Shown piece by piece: positions 20,734 to 32,239 of a DNA stretch of 64,000 bases (positions are counted from its first letter, which is position 1; each line of letters begins with the position of its first letter). A program made the position numbers and the translations under genes. Origin of the DNA: Alphaproteobacteria bacterium (lineage in GTDB: Bacteria; Pseudomonadota; Alphaproteobacteria; JAAXGF01); the NCBI GenBank assembly GCA_963555825.3, contig CAUVXB020000001.1, forward strand, positions 608,001 to 672,000, read 5' to 3'. The notes beneath the pieces are model-generated. The model saw only the letters and a list, made by a program, of their open reading frames with translations, had not been told where the DNA came from and ran no database searches.

Positions 20734-22233
20734 ATGTATCGGGTGGAGTTGTACGCACGGGTTCGGCGGGCGTGTCATGTCGAGGGGATGAGCACCCGCG
20801 AGGCCTCGCGGGTGTTTGGTGTAGACCGCAAGACGGTCCGTAAGATGCTGTCGTTCTCGGTGCCGCCAGGGTATCGCCGAAGCGCGCCGCCGAGGCGGCC
20901 AAAGCTGGGTCCGTTCACGGGAATCATCGATCGGATCTTGGAAGACGATCGGACCAGCCACCGCAAGCAACGGCACACTGCGAAGCGCATCTTCGACCGC
21001 CTCCGGGACGAGTACGGTTTCACGGGCGGCTACACCATCGTGAAGGACTACGTTCGTGAGCAGGGGCTTCGGTCGCGTGAGGTGTTCGTGCCACTCTCCC
21101 ATTCCCCCGGTCACGCCCAGGCGGACTTCGGCGAAGCGATGGCGGTGATCGGCGGCGCGTTACGGAAGATCCACTTCCTTGCCTTCGACCTTCCCCACAG
21201 TGATGGTTGCTTTGTTGCGGCCTATCCGGCGGAGACGACCGAAGCATTCTGCGATGGCCACAACGCGGCGTTTGCCTTCTTCGGCGGCGTCCCCCGATCC
21301 ATCCTGTACGACAACACCAAGCTGGCGGTTGCCCGGATCCTGGGCGATGGGAAGCGGCAGCGAACGCGCGTCTTCACGGAGCTTCAGTCCCACTATCTGT
21401 TCGAGGACAGGTTCGGCCGGCCGGGCAAGGGCAACGACAAGGGCAAGGTCGAGGGACTGGTCGGCTTCATCCGGCGGAACTTCCTGGTCCCCGTCCCGCG
21501 TGCCGAGAGCTTCGCGGCCCTCAACGATGCTCTCGCCGAACAGTGCCGCCGGCGCCAGGCGGCGCGGCTGCGGGGCCACAAGGAGACCATCGGCGAGCGT
21601 CTCGAGCGGGATCGTCAAGTTCTCTTGCCATTGCCGCCTGCTCCCTATGATGCCTGCGATAAGCGCCCTGGACGGGCGAGTTCGCTGTCGCTGGTGCGTT
21701 ACCGCAGCAACGACTATTCCGTGCCCGTGGCCTACGGCCACCGTGAGGTGCTCATCCGGGGCTACGTCGATGAGGTGGTGATCAGCTGCGGGGCCGAGGT
21801 GATCGCCCGGCACCGCCGGTCCTACGACAGCGAGGACCTGATCTTCGACCCGCTGCATTACCTGCCCTTGATCGAGCAGAAGATCGGCGCCCTCGACCAG
21901 GCCGCGCCATTGGCGGGCTGGGACCTGCCCGAGGCCTTCATCACTCTGCGGCGGCTCCTCGAAGCTCGTATGGGCAAGGCAGGCAAGCGCGAGTACGTCC
22001 AGGTGCTCCGTCTACTGGAGACCTTCCGGCTCGAGGAGGTCGAGGGTGCGGTCGGCGACGCCCTGCGGCTCGGCGCAATCGGCTTTGATGCGGTGAAGCA
22101 CCTGGTACTGTGCCGCATCGAGCGGCGGCCGCCCAGGCTCAACCTCGACGTCTATCCGTATCTGCCGCGCGCCCGGGTCGCGATGACGTCCGCCAAGTCG
22201 TACATGAGCCTGCTGTCGGGGCTCGGCGCATGA
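20734..22233 (+). CDS. istA: IS21 transposase IstA
   Basis: HTH, QADFG, LYDN, KGKVEG.V DDE motifs. Confidence 0.95.
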   Translation: MYRVELYARVRRACHVEGMSTREASRVFGVDRKTVRKMLSFSVPPGYRRSAPPRRPKLGPFTGIIDRILEDDRTSHRKQRHTAKRIFDRLRDEYGFTGGYTIVKDYVREQGLRSREVFVPLSHSPGHAQADFGEAMAVIGGALRKIHFLAFDLPHSDGCFVAAYPAETTEAFCDGHNAAFAFFGGVPRSILYDNTKLAVARILGDGKRQRTRVFTELQSHYLFEDRFGRPGKGNDKGKVEGLVGFIRRNFLVPVPRAESFAALNDALAEQCRRRQAARLRGHKETIGERLERDRQVLLPLPPAPYDACDKRPGRASSLSLVRYRSNDYSVPVAYGHREVLIRGYVDEVVISCGAEVIARHRRSYDSEDLIFDPLHYLPLIEQKIGALDQAAPLAGWDLPEAFITLRRLLEARMGKAGKREYVQVLRLLETFRLEEVEGAVGDALRLGAIGFDAVKHLVLCRIERRPPRLNLDVYPYLPRARVAMTSAKSYMSLLSGLGA

Positions 22234-22994
22234 CCGACACACCGCAAGTGCTGCTCGCCCACCACCTCAAGACGCTGAAGCTGCCGACCTTCCTGCGCGA
22301 GTACGACAAGATCGCCCGGCAGTGCGCCTCGGAAGGCGTCGATCACGTCCGCTACCTGTTGAGACTCGCCGAGCTCGAGCTGATCGACCGCGAGCGCCGC
22401 ATGGTCGAGCGGCGCATCAAGGCGGCGCGCTTCCCCGTGGTCAAGAGCCTCGACAGCTTCGACTTCAAGGTCATCCCCTCGCTCAACAAGGCGCTGGTCC
22501 TGGAGCTGGCCCGCTGCGAGTACATCGAGCGCCGCGAGAACCTCATCGCGCTCGGCAACAGTGGGACCGGCAAGACCCACATCGCCCTCGGTCTCGGCCT
22601 GGCGGCCTGCCAGAAGGGCCTCTCGGTCGGCTTCATCACCGCCGCCGCGCTGGTCCACGAACTCATCGAGGCCCGCGATGACAAGCAGCTGCTGAGGTTC
22701 CAGAAGAAGCTCGCCACCTACAAGCTTCTGATCGTCGACGAACTCGGCTTCGTGCCGCTGTCGAAGACCGGCGCCGAGCTGTTGTTCGAGGTGTTCAGCC
22801 AACGCTACGAGCGGGGCTCGACCCTGGTCACCACCAATCTGCCCTTCGACGAATGGACCGAGGTGTTCGGCTCCGAGCGCCTCACCGGCGCGCTCCTCGA
22901 TCGCCTCACCCACCACGTCAACATCCTCGAGATGAACGGTGACAGCTACAGGCTCAACCAGAGCCGCAGGCGTCAAACCCCGACTGCTAACTGA
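22230..22994 (+). CDS. istB: IS21 ATPase IstB
   Basis: ATGA-coupled; GNSGTGKTH, LIVDELG, TTNLPF, LDRLTHH, GDSYR. Confidence 0.96.
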   Translation: MTDTPQVLLAHHLKTLKLPTFLREYDKIARQCASEGVDHVRYLLRLAELELIDRERRMVERRIKAARFPVVKSLDSFDFKVIPSLNKALVLELARCEYIERRENLIALGNSGTGKTHIALGLGLAACQKGLSVGFITAAALVHELIEARDDKQLLRFQKKLATYKLLIVDELGFVPLSKTGAELLFEVFSQRYERGSTLVTTNLPFDEWTEVFGSERLTGALLDRLTHHVNILEMNGDSYRLNQSRRRQTPTAN

Positions 22995-23185
22995 ACCGAC
23001 CACCCAGCCCACGCTTGACCCCGTGGGCCCACAGGTCCCTCCCGCGCGCGCCGCCGCGTCAGCCTGTTGAGGGCACGCCGCGTCGCGCGCGGGGCCCTCC
23101 CGTGGACTACGGGGACAAGCCCGCAGCCGCCAAGCGGTCCCTTCTTACACCGCCGAGGTGGTCCCTTTTTGCTCCGCCATTGACA

Positions 23186-23857
23186 GCCACTGGTAGCCGA
23201 TTTGACGCGTCCCGGGGGCACGCTCGCCCCTGCGCCACCACCGGTGACACACCCGGCCCTTGTTGCCGACGCGCGCTTCATCCTGAAACCACAGCTGTAG
23301 GCGCTTGTCGGGATGCGCCGCGGCGGTCGCCTTCAGGATGTCGCGAAGCCCCCTTTTTTGAAGCGCTCCTGCGCTTCGGCGTCCCTTCGCGGGTGGCTCG
23401 GGCGCGCCTTCTGGCGGGAAAATCCCATCCGCCGTAGAACCCGGGTCATGCTCGAGGGGTGGTAGGTCTTGGCGAAGCGCTCCTCCAGCCAGCGGCACAG
23501 ATCGGCCCGGGTCCAGGCGCAAACCCCGTCGCGCTCAGGCTCCGGCCCGGCGATGATGACCGCCGCCAGCGCCGCTTCCTCGTCTGCCGTCAGCCGCCGC
23601 GGCGAGTAGCCCTTTGGACGGTCGTGAAGCCCCTCCAATCCCTTTGCATTGTAACGAACAACCGCGTCGCGAAGCGTTTGGCGATCCATCCCCGCAAGCC
23701 GCGCGGCATCAGCCCGGGGCATCTCCTCCAAAGCATTCGCGATCCCATAGGCCCGCGCCGCCGCTCGACCGTACGATTCCACGCGAGCCCAGCGCCGAAG
23801 CTCCAAAGGCGTCAAATCATCCCGTATCTTGAGTGCTGATCCCATGACATCCCCCAC
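23186..23857 (-). pseudogene. IS630 transposase N-terminal part (HTH ORF plus -1 frameshifted start of the DDE ORF)
   Basis: Winged-HTH ORF ending FKKGG at slippery AAAAAAGGGG (~23351-23359), then WFQDEAR...GYQW up to the IS21 insertion. Confidence 0.88.
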
Positions 23858-24121
23858 ATCTGGTGGGAGACCATAGAATCACAATCCGCCATCATCCGCC
23901 ATCAATGAATATCCCGAGAGTCAATTCAGGCGCTCACTGGTATCACTCCTCATTTTGCCTCTTGGGGTGAACGGTCGGACGCGCCGTTGTGGGGAGGATG
24001 ATGGGCCGCGGTTCTGGACCGGGTAAATCCAACGGGTGTTGGAAACGCCGTAGATCAGGCATTCAATTCATCTGACATTGGCGATATGCGCCAGTCTCTG
24101 CAAATCGTGTAGATATATAAT

Positions 24122-25763
24122 CCGACATTCCCCATATACCATCCAAATTCGTGGAAATCGTAGCACTTTCCCACCGCCAAGGGAACTGTATCCCCTATGC
24201 AGCCATCCGATGGCATGATTTTGGTAATCGGCCCGCGCTTGGAAGGCCACTCGGTCATTTTTCTCGCCATCCAGACACACCTCTCCTGTCGCTTTCTCCT
24301 CGCCGTCGATTCCCTCGGCCTACGCCGGAGCGGGTCTTCGTCGCAGATCATCAATCAAGCTCAGGATTTTCCGGAACAGGTCCCTCGGCACCGCCACCTC
24401 AGCCAATTGGAACGTAACGTAGCGGCCATGTCGGGCAACCTTGGCCCCGATCTTCACCAGCTTGTCGCGCAACGTCGTCATCGACCAGTGCTCCACCTCC
24501 TTCGGCAAAGCCAGTGTCCTCATGAAGTTGCCCAGATTGTAGGCCAGGGCGTGAAGCTGGAGCCGAACGGCATTGTTGCGGAACTTGCGACATGACAGAC
24601 GGGTCCAGTTGATGGCGTTCTTGCCTTCCTTGATGTGCTGCTCCGCCGTGCCACGGTGATTATAGAACGCCACCACCCGCTTGGTAGGGCGCGACAGATT
24701 AGTGACGATGAAACCGACGCGAGGAACCAGCTCGCCGGGGTGCCACTCCACTTTGGCCACGACACGGCGCTTCTTGTTCCACGATCCGGCCTGATAGCTG
24801 AAGCTGGCGTGGAAACGGCGAACATGGTCGGGCGGGCGACCGACAGGTCGCGTAAGCAGATGGGCAATGTTCCGCTGGAGAATCGCGTTCGCTTTGAGGC
24901 GGATGACGTAGAGTAATCCCTCGGCTTCGAGATATTCGTATATCTCCGGTGAGGCGAAGGCGGCATCGCCACGAAAATACAGCCGCACCTTCCTTTCCTT
25001 ATAGCGCATCACCACCGGCTCCAGAACATTCCGCCATCCGTCGGCACTGTGAACATTACCGGGGCGCAGGGAACATCTCTCCAAGTCGCCGAACTGGTTG
25101 AACAGGAATAGCGGATGGTAGCAGGTACAGCCGAAGTGACCATTGTACGCTGTTCCCTCTTGTTCGCCATGGGTCGGGCTGACGCTGCTGTCCATGTCGA
25201 GAATGATCATCTTCGGCGGATGGCGGTCATGAACCTTGTCGATCCACACCCCGTTCATGTCGACCAAGGCTTCAACGCTCTCGTCGGTGGCCAATAGCTC
25301 CGTCTCGAAGCGTCCCATCTGGCTGGTGGAAGCGGCCTGTCTTTCGATGGCCTTGCCGCCAACAATCCAGCGCATGGCGGGATCGCGTCCCAGACGGTCG
25401 GCGTCGTTCACATCGTCATAGCCGCCAAGGCGCCCGAAAACGGACTGGCGAAACTGACCCGTCATGCCGTGCCATCCGTTCTTGCCGGTACGGCTATCCT
25501 GGAAAACACCCTCGGCCATCTCAGTCAGGCCGAGGGCATCGTCAAGCTCCCGGTAGGCGAGCAACCCGGCATCAGAGGTGATCTTGGAACCGTGGAATTC
25601 AAGCTTCAATCGACGGTCAAAAACGACCCGAAGGCACCCCGGTTTCGATTCACCCATCGGGTGTGCCATATCCGCCGCTCCATGTATGCTACAACTTCAT
25701 GATTCTTATAGCAGAATCGCCTTCTCGCCGCACTGAATATCGACGATACTTGGGAAATGCGGG
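24122..25763 (-). mobile_element. IS1380-family element
   Basis: Imperfect TIR CCGACATTCCCCA / CCCGCATTTCCCA; 5-bp target duplication ATAAT (24117-24121, 25764-25768). Confidence 0.9.
24320..25669 (-). CDS. IS1380 transposase
   Basis: TSDAGL, LDMDS, YNGHF...YHPL, LRPGN, RGDAAF, Y..RG.AE..IKEGK. Confidence 0.95.
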   Translation of the reverse strand: MAHPMGESKPGCLRVVFDRRLKLEFHGSKITSDAGLLAYRELDDALGLTEMAEGVFQDSRTGKNGWHGMTGQFRQSVFGRLGGYDDVNDADRLGRDPAMRWIVGGKAIERQAASTSQMGRFETELLATDESVEALVDMNGVWIDKVHDRHPPKMIILDMDSSVSPTHGEQEGTAYNGHFGCTCYHPLFLFNQFGDLERCSLRPGNVHSADGWRNVLEPVVMRYKERKVRLYFRGDAAFASPEIYEYLEAEGLLYVIRLKANAILQRNIAHLLTRPVGRPPDHVRRFHASFSYQAGSWNKKRRVVAKVEWHPGELVPRVGFIVTNLSRPTKRVVAFYNHRGTAEQHIKEGKNAINWTRLSCRKFRNNAVRLQLHALAYNLGNFMRTLALPKEVEHWSMTTLRDKLVKIGAKVARHGRYVTFQLAEVAVPRDLFRKILSLIDDLRRRPAPA

Positions 25764-25879
25764 ATAATAAAATTGCTTAATATCAAATAGTTACCCAAAA
25801 GACGTGGCCCAGGCTCATGGCCTCGCCCGCATTATCGCGGTGCCAGACGCCGATACGACGGCCGGCAATGCCATGCGCG

Positions 25880-26320
25880 TTACGCTGGCTCGCGACGGGG
25901 CACCTTCACGACCGCTTCGCCCTCCAGGACGACGATGCCGGCCACTTTGCATATGCACGACAGCGCGACCCTCTGCCTCTCTTCGTTCAGCTCGGCGACC
26001 TCGACGATGGCGTCGATGGTATCGCCGATCTTGACCGGCGCGAGGAACCTCAGCGTCTGCGAGACATAGATGGCGCCCGGACCAGGCAACTGCGTGCCGA
26101 TGACCGCCGAGATCAGGCTGGCGGTGTACAGGCCATGAGCGATACGACCCTTGAACGGCGTATTCGCCGCAAAATGCTCCGAGAGATGGATCGGGTTCCG
26201 GTCACCCGTAATCTCGGCAAATCCCACGACATCCGACGACTTGACGGTCTTCGAGTAGATCGCGGTCATGCCCACGCTCATATCCTCGAAGTACAGGGTG
26301 CGGAGGGGCAGAAGGGTCAC
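25880..26320 (-). CDS. MaoC-family (R)-specific enoyl-CoA hydratase (PhaJ-like)
   Basis: FAEITGDRNPIH...IAHG...LPGPGAIY.SQ.LRF.APV. Confidence 0.92.
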   Translation of the reverse strand: MTLLPLRTLYFEDMSVGMTAIYSKTVKSSDVVGFAEITGDRNPIHLSEHFAANTPFKGRIAHGLYTASLISAVIGTQLPGPGAIYVSQTLRFLAPVKIGDTIDAIVEVAELNEERQRVALSCICKVAGIVVLEGEAVVKVPRREPA

Positions 26321-26642
26321 GGTTGCCTCGTGTGGCTAGGCCAGAGTGTGATGTCTTGACATGTCGCGTCTTCCGACCCGACCGATCTTCGGTTCCGGCC
26401 GCCAGAGTAACCATCCGGACACCGAGCGGCAAATTCGATCTCGGTGACCCGGTCCTTTATGAGGCGCAATCTGGCCGACCCGGACTATCGGAGCGCCGGA
26501 CGCGAAGCCGAATGTTGGCGTCGATATCGTCGTTCGTCGTCAATCGAGCCGTACCGATTTGCCGAATGAGCCGGACAATGATCGGCATCCCAACTAAGGG
26601 TTGGCTGGCCGGGACGCGATTGGAACCGATCACCTAACCACC

Positions 26643-27584
26643 TCAGCCGCGGTCCCAGAACGGCTCGATTTCGAGGTAGTCCGTCCACACCGAGCGGAAA
26701 CGGACCAGCTCGCGCTCGGCGACGACCGACTGCTGGCGCTGAACCAACCCGGCCGCACGCGCCGCCGCGGCCGATTTTCCCTCGCGCGCCAGGCGACGTT
26801 CGAGCACATCGCCCAACTTGCGGCCCGTGTCGACGTCGTTCAACTTTCCCAACAGGTCCTGGATTTTGCGCAATTGGCCGATGTAGAGGACCACGATGTC
26901 CGATTGAAACAGACTGCGGAAGAATTCCGATGCATAACGCAGCTTCTTGACGTTGATTCTGGCCCCGTGGAGTTCCGCCGGGGTCATGGTGGAGGCATCG
27001 TCGACCGACTGGTGCAATCGCTTGGCGAACTTGTGCAACCTTCGCTTGGCCCAGGGCAAGGCCGGCGCGACAAGCATATCGTCATGCCCGGAATTGCCCC
27101 ATTCCCCGGTCTCGAGCCAAGCGTCGAATCGAAGCAGGAATTCGGTGTATTCGGGACGCGCAAGGGCGCGGCGCGCCTCGCAGTACACGCAATCACGAAG
27201 TGCAATGGCATGCCGCTTCAGCGCCGCCAACGCGGGATCATCGCCATGGGAGGCGATCAGGGGATCGAGCGTTCCGAACAAGAAGACATCCCAATCGCGT
27301 GCCGGCTCGATGGCGCCGTGCAGCCACCTGCATCTCTCTTTTAGGAGCGCTGCGGCCTCGGGTGCAACCGCCTTGCGAAACACGCCGGTCAGCGTGCGCA
27401 ATCGCCGAAGCGCGACGCGCATTTGGTGAACACCCTCCGGGTCGTCGGTGTCGATCACGACCGGTTGATTGGCGCGCAACTGATCGAGGCATGCCCGCGC
27501 CGCCACGACGAACGCATCGCCGACCGTTACCTGGCGGTCGAGGACAATGCGCCTTGCGCGAACCGGATATACGTCGTGATTCAC
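26643..27584 (-). CDS. CHAD-domain protein (no CYTH domain seen)
   Basis: [40 protein letters not shown]; GTGA overlap with the lipB stop. Confidence 0.88.
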   Translation of the reverse strand: MNHDVYPVRARRIVLDRQVTVGDAFVVAARACLDQLRANQPVVIDTDDPEGVHQMRVALRRLRTLTGVFRKAVAPEAAALLKERCRWLHGAIEPARDWDVFLFGTLDPLIASHGDDPALAALKRHAIALRDCVYCEARRALARPEYTEFLLRFDAWLETGEWGNSGHDDMLVAPALPWAKRRLHKFAKRLHQSVDDASTMTPAELHGARINVKKLRYASEFFRSLFQSDIVVLYIGQLRKIQDLLGKLNDVDTGRKLGDVLERRLAREGKSAAAARAAGLVQRQQSVVAERELVRFRSVWTDYLEIEPFWDRG

Positions 27585-28267
27585 GTGCCGAAGACCGTGT
27601 CGAACGTCCGTCGCAGCGCCGCGTCGACATCGTCCATGGTCGCGCTGACGCCGAGGGCGGCGAGCGAGGTGACGCCGTGCTCGCGGATGCCGCATGGCAC
27701 GATGCCCCGGTAGTGGTCGAGCTCGGGCGCGACGTTGAGCGAGACGCCGTGATAGCTGACCCAGCGTCGGATGCGCACGCCGATCGCGGCGATCTTGGCC
27801 TCGCCCGTCCCGTCGCGGACCCAGACGCCGACGCGGTCGTCGCGCCGCTCGCCTTGGACACCGAACTCGGCGAGTGTCGCGATCAGCCAGGCCTCGAGCC
27901 GGTCGACATGGGCGCGCACGTCGGGTCCACGCGCCTTGAGATCGAGCATCACATAGGCGACCCGCTGGCCGGGCCCGTGGTAGGTGTATTCGCCGCCGCG
28001 CCCGGTCGGAAAGACCGGCAGATCGATCAGGCCGGTCAGGTCGTCGGGCCTGGCGCTGGTGCCGGCGGTGAAGAGCGCCGGATGTTCCAAGAGCCAGACC
28101 ATCTCGGGGATTTCGCCGGCGCGAATGCCGGCGACGCGCGCCTCCATCTCGGCGACCGCCCGCGGATAGGCGACCGGCGCGCGCTCGACGCGCCACTCGA
28201 CGGCATTTAGTGGCGTTGCAACGGGCGGCGGCGCTTGCAGTCGGGCGGTGGATTTGCTATCTCGCAT
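27581..28267 (-). CDS. lipB: Lipoyl(octanoyl) transferase
   Basis: WLLEHP..TAG, RGG..TYHGPGQ, KIAAIG, HGVSLN, IVPCG; start codon uncertain. Confidence 0.96.
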   Translation of the reverse strand: MRDSKSTARLQAPPPVATPLNAVEWRVERAPVAYPRAVAEMEARVAGIRAGEIPEMVWLLEHPALFTAGTSARPDDLTGLIDLPVFPTGRGGEYTYHGPGQRVAYVMLDLKARGPDVRAHVDRLEAWLIATLAEFGVQGERRDDRVGVWVRDGTGEAKIAAIGVRIRRWVSYHGVSLNVAPELDHYRGIVPCGIREHGVTSLAALGVSATMDDVDAALRRTFDTVFGT

Positions 28268-28283
28268 GTCCGACGAACATAGA

Positions 28284-28370
28284 GCGGTCGTGGCGGAATT
28301 GGTAGACGCGCAGCGTTGAGGGCGCTGTTCCCGCAAGGGAGTGGAAGTTCGAGTCTTCTCGACCGCACCA
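28284..28370 (+). tRNA. tRNA-Leu(GAG)
   Basis: GCGGTCG acceptor stem / CGACCGC-A-CCA, D arm GGCGGAATTGGTAGACGC, anticodon arm CAGCG-TTGAGGG-CGCTG, long variable arm, GTTCGAGT T loop. Confidence 0.97.
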
Positions 28371-28500
28371 ATCGATGAAAGCCGGCGAAATTCGCGGGCT
28401 TTCATTTTGCCCGCGAGTCGCCGGTTGCGAGCCGTCGTGGCTTTTCCCGGATGCCCGGCTATACTGGCGAAAACGCCAGGAACAAGCCGGGGAGAGCATC

Positions 28501-30813
28501 ATGTCGGACGAACTCAAGCAAGCGGCGCTCGACTATCACCAGTTTCCCAGGCCGGGCAAGCTGGAGATTCAGGCCACCAAGTCGCTGGCCAACCAGCGCG
28601 ATCTCGCGCTCGCCTATTCGCCGGGCGTCGCCGACGCCTGCATGGCGATCGTCGACGATGCGACGAACGCGTACAAATACACCGTGCGCGGCAACATGGT
28701 CGGGGTGATATCCAACGGCACCGCCGTGCTTGGGCTCGGTAACATCGGCGCGCTGGCGTCGAAGCCGGTCATGGAAGGCAAGGCGGTGCTGTTCAAGAAG
28801 TTCGCCGGCGTCGACGTCTTCGACATCGAGGTCAACGAGACCGACCCCGACAAGCTGATCGAGATCGTCGCCGCGCTCGAACCGACCTTCGGCGCGATCA
28901 ACCTCGAAGACATCAAGTCGCCCGAATGCTTCGTGATCGAGGAGAAGCTCAAGGCGCGCATGAGCATCCCGGTGTTCCACGATGACCAGCACGGCACGGC
29001 GATCTGCGTCAATGCGGCGGTTTACAACGGTCTGCGCATCGTCGGCAAGGAGCCGGGAGACTGCAAGGTGGTGTGCTCGGGCGCCGGCGCCGCGGCGCTC
29101 GCCGTGCTTGGCCTGTTGATCAATCTCGGCATTCGCAAGGAAAACATCCTGGTCAACGACCGCGACGGCATCGTCTACACAGGCCGTGCCGAGGGCATGG
29201 ACCCCTACAAGGAGCGCTTCGCCCGCGACACCGAAATCCGCACGCTCGACGAAGCCATCGAGGGCGCCGACATCTTCCTCGGCCTCTCGGCGCCCGGCGT
29301 GCTGACCGGCGACATGGTCAAGAAGATGGCCGAGCGGCCGCTGATCATGGCACTCGCCAACCCGGTACCCGAGATCATGCCCGAGATCGCGCGCGAGGCG
29401 CGGCCCGACGCGATCATCGCGACCGGGCGGTCCGACTATCCCAATCAGGTCAACAATGTCCTGTGTTTCCCGTTCATCTTCCGCGGCGCGCTCGACGTCG
29501 GCGCGACGCAGATCAACACCGAGATGAAGCTCGCCTGTGCGCGCGCCATCGCCGACGTCGCGATGGCCGAGACGTCGGACGTCGTCGCGCGCGCCTATGG
29601 CGACCAGAACCTGTCATTCGGGCCCGACTACATCCTGCCAACGCCGTTCGACCCACGGCTCATCGTCGAGGTCTCTTCCGCCGTCGCCAAGGCAGCGATG
29701 GACTCGGGCGTCGCGACGCGGCCGATCGACGACCTCGACGCCTATCGCCAGGAGCTGACCGGCTACGTCTTCCGCACCGGCTATGTCATGCGCACCGTGT
29801 TCGACGCCGCCAAGGTCGACGCCAAGCGCTTGGTCTATGCCGAGGGCGAGGCGCGGCGCGTGCTGCAGGCGGTGCAGATCGTCTGCGACGAGGGCATCGC
29901 CAAGCCGATCCTGATCGGCCGCAAGGCGGTGGTCGAGAGCCGGATCGAGAAGCTCGGCCTGCGCATCAAGCAGGACGTCGATTTCGAGCTGTGCGACCCG
30001 GAGAACGATCCGCGCTATCGCGAGTACTGGACCGAATACCACGGCATCATGATGCGCGACGGCGTCTCGCAGAACAAGGCGCGCACCGTATTGCGCACCA
30101 ACAATACGGTGATCGCCGCCCTGATGGTGCGTCGTGGCGAGGCCGACGCCATGCTTGCCGGGCCGAACGGCTCCTATGCCGACCACCTGCAGGACGTTTG
30201 CGACATAATCGGCCTGCGCGACGGTGTCTGCTCGTCGTCGGCGCTGCAGATGCTGGTGTTGGACCGGGGCATCTATTTCATGGCCGACACGCACGTCACG
30301 CGAAAGCCGAGCGTCGAGGAAATCGCCGAGAGCACCGTGATGGCGGCCGAGGAAGTGCGCCGCTTCGGCATCGAGCCCAAGGTGGCGCTGCTGTCGCATT
30401 CGAGCTTCGGCAGCACTGACGCGCCGGCGGCCAAGCGCATGCGCAAGGCGCTCGAGGTGGTGCGCGCGCTGGCGCCTGATCTCGAGATCGAGGGCGAGAT
30501 GGACGGCGCGGTCGCGATCAACGAAGCGCTTCGCAATAATTTGTTCCCCGACTCGCGGCTTACCGGCGAGGCCAACCTGCTGATCATGCCGTCGCTCGAT
30601 TCGGCGAACATCGCCTTCAATCTGGTCAGGCAGCTCGCCAACGGCATCTCGGTCGGGCCGATGCTGCTCGGCATCGCCAAGCCGGCCCATATCCTCAACG
30701 CGACGATCACCGTGCGCGGCACGGTCAACATGAGCGGGCTCGCCGTGATCGACGCCCAGGTGCACGCGAATGGCGGGCGGGATCAGGCCGGCGCGGCCGC
30801 CGGCGGGGACTGA
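28501..30813 (+). CDS. maeB: NADP-dependent malic enzyme with phosphotransacetylase-like domain
   Basis: [47 protein letters not shown]-terminal PTA domain. Confidence 0.96.
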   Translation: MSDELKQAALDYHQFPRPGKLEIQATKSLANQRDLALAYSPGVADACMAIVDDATNAYKYTVRGNMVGVISNGTAVLGLGNIGALASKPVMEGKAVLFKKFAGVDVFDIEVNETDPDKLIEIVAALEPTFGAINLEDIKSPECFVIEEKLKARMSIPVFHDDQHGTAICVNAAVYNGLRIVGKEPGDCKVVCSGAGAAALAVLGLLINLGIRKENILVNDRDGIVYTGRAEGMDPYKERFARDTEIRTLDEAIEGADIFLGLSAPGVLTGDMVKKMAERPLIMALANPVPEIMPEIAREARPDAIIATGRSDYPNQVNNVLCFPFIFRGALDVGATQINTEMKLACARAIADVAMAETSDVVARAYGDQNLSFGPDYILPTPFDPRLIVEVSSAVAKAAMDSGVATRPIDDLDAYRQELTGYVFRTGYVMRTVFDAAKVDAKRLVYAEGEARRVLQAVQIVCDEGIAKPILIGRKAVVESRIEKLGLRIKQDVDFELCDPENDPRYREYWTEYHGIMMRDGVSQNKARTVLRTNNTVIAALMVRRGEADAMLAGPNGSYADHLQDVCDIIGLRDGVCSSSALQMLVLDRGIYFMADTHVTRKPSVEEIAESTVMAAEEVRRFGIEPKVALLSHSSFGSTDAPAAKRMRKALEVVRALAPDLEIEGEMDGAVAINEALRNNLFPDSRLTGEANLLIMPSLDSANIAFNLVRQLANGISVGPMLLGIAKPAHILNATITVRGTVNMSGLAVIDAQVHANGGRDQAGAAAGGD

Positions 30814-30826
30814 GTCCGCGGTCGGG

Positions 30827-32239
30827 GTGGGTGGCGCAAGCGAACCGACCCCGCCGCCGACCGCCGAGACGCCGCGGCCCGAACCCGACGCCCAGGACCT
30901 CTATGGCCTGACGCCCGAGCTGATCCGCGTTATCCGCGAGGCGTTGGAGGACGAGGATCTGGCGCGCGTCGAGGCGCTTGTCGTGCCGCTGCACGCGGCC
31001 GACATGGCCGACCTTCTCGAGATGGTCTCCGCCGACGAGCGGCGGTTGATCGTCGACGTCCTGCGTCCCGACTTCGATCCCGATATCCTCGCCGAGCTCG
31101 AAGAAGTCGTGCGCGACGAGATCGTCGGCCAGCTCGACACCCACGAGATCGCCGCCGCCTTCGCGCAGCTCGATTCGGACGATGCGCTTTACCTGATCGA
31201 GGACCTCGACGACGACGAACGGCGCGAGGTGCTCGACGCGGTGCCGGCCGCCGACCGCGCCTGGGCCGAGCAAAGCCTGTCCTACCCGGAGAGCAGCGCC
31301 GGACGCCTGATGCAGCGCGAGCTGGTGTCGATCCCGGCATACTGGACGGTCGGCCAGACGATCGACTATCTGCGCAGCGCCGAGGATCTGCCCGACGAGT
31401 TCTACGACCTCTACATCGTCGACTCGGATCACGTGCCGGCCGGCTACGTGCCGCTCAGCCGCGCCATGCGGACGCGCCGCCCGGTGCTGATGAGCGACAT
31501 CATGGATCCGGAGCCACGGGTCATCCAGGCCGACATGGACCAGGAAGACGTCGCCTACATGTTCGAGCAGTACGACCTGGTCTCGGCCCCGGTGGTCGGC
31601 GACTCGGGTCGGCTGATTGGCGTCATTACGGTCGACGACGTGGTCGAGGTGATCGGCGAAGAGGCCGAGGAGGACATCATGCGCCTCGGCGGCGTCATCG
31701 AGACCGACCTGCACGAGCCAGCCTGGCGGACGACGCGGCGGCGCTTCGTCTGGCTGCTGGTCAATCTGGCGACGGCGGTCCTCGCCTCGATGGTCATCGG
31801 CCTGTTCGACGCCTCGATCGAGCAGATGGTGGCGCTCGCCGTCTTGATGCCGATCGTTGCCTCGATGGGCGGCAACGCGGGGACCCAGACGCTGACCGTC
31901 ACCGTGCGCGCGCTCGCCACCAAGGACGTTACGCGGGCCAACGCGCTCCGCCTGATCGGTAAGGAAGGCGTCGTCGGCTTCGCCAACGGCATCCTCTTCG
32001 CGATCATCACCGGCATCGTCGCGGTGGTGTGGTTCGGCCAGCCGATGCTCGGTGGCGTGATCGCCGCGGCGATGATCGTCAACATGGTGGTCGCCGGGCT
32101 GTCGGGCATCCTCATACCGCTCGGCCTCGACCGCGTGGGCGTCGACCCGGCGATCGCCGCCACCGTCTTCCTGACCACGGTGACCGACATCGTCGGCTTC
32201 TTCGTCTTCCTCGGCCTCGCCGCTTTGGTGCTGTTGTGA
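30827..32239 (+). CDS. mgtE: Magnesium transporter MgtE
   Basis: LHAADMAD, SAGRLM CBS pair, ITVDD, MGGNAGTQ, DPA.A..VF.TT.TD; start approximate. Confidence 0.95.
   Translation: MGGASEPTPPPTAETPRPEPDAQDLYGLTPELIRVIREALEDEDLARVEALVVPLHAADMADLLEMVSADERRLIVDVLRPDFDPDILAELEEVVRDEIVGQLDTHEIAAAFAQLDSDDALYLIEDLDDDERREVLDAVPAADRAWAEQSLSYPESSAGRLMQRELVSIPAYWTVGQTIDYLRSAEDLPDEFYDLYIVDSDHVPAGYVPLSRAMRTRRPVLMSDIMDPEPRVIQADMDQEDVAYMFEQYDLVSAPVVGDSGRLIGVITVDDVVEVIGEEAEEDIMRLGGVIETDLHEPAWRTTRRRFVWLLVNLATAVLASMVIGLFDASIEQMVALAVLMPIVASMGGNAGTQTLTVTVRALATKDVTRANALRLIGKEGVVGFANGILFAIITGIVAVVWFGQPMLGGVIAAAMIVNMVVAGLSGILIPLGLDRVGVDPAIAATVFLTTVTDIVGFFVFLGLAALVLL

Larger units (their letters stand above)
20615..23185 (+). 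mobile_element. IS21-family element
   Basis: TG...CA ends (TGAGAACGGCAGGGCAATAATCCCCCAC versus TGTCAATGGCGGAGCAAAAAGGGACCAC), internal end repeats, 7-8 bp target duplication (C/G)CCACTGG. Confidence 0.93.
20189..23942 (-). mobile_element. IS630-family element (two-ORF type) interrupted by IS21
   Basis: TA duplication; TIR TACCAGTGAGCCTATGAAATCAC versus TACCAGTGAGCGCCTGAATTGAC (reverse complement of right end). Confidence 0.92.

Noticed and set aside
23187-23195. IS21 target CCACTGGTA resembles the host IS630 terminus TCACTGGTA
   Set aside because: A short match at a single site; chance cannot be excluded
26330-26640. 310-bp gap between the MaoC and CHAD genes
   Set aside because: No convincing ORF, repeat or RNA motif recognised by eye
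28284-28370. tRNA-Leu as the integration site of the accessory segment
   Set aside because: No duplicated tRNA 3' end seen, and lipB/CHAD lie between the tRNA and the segment
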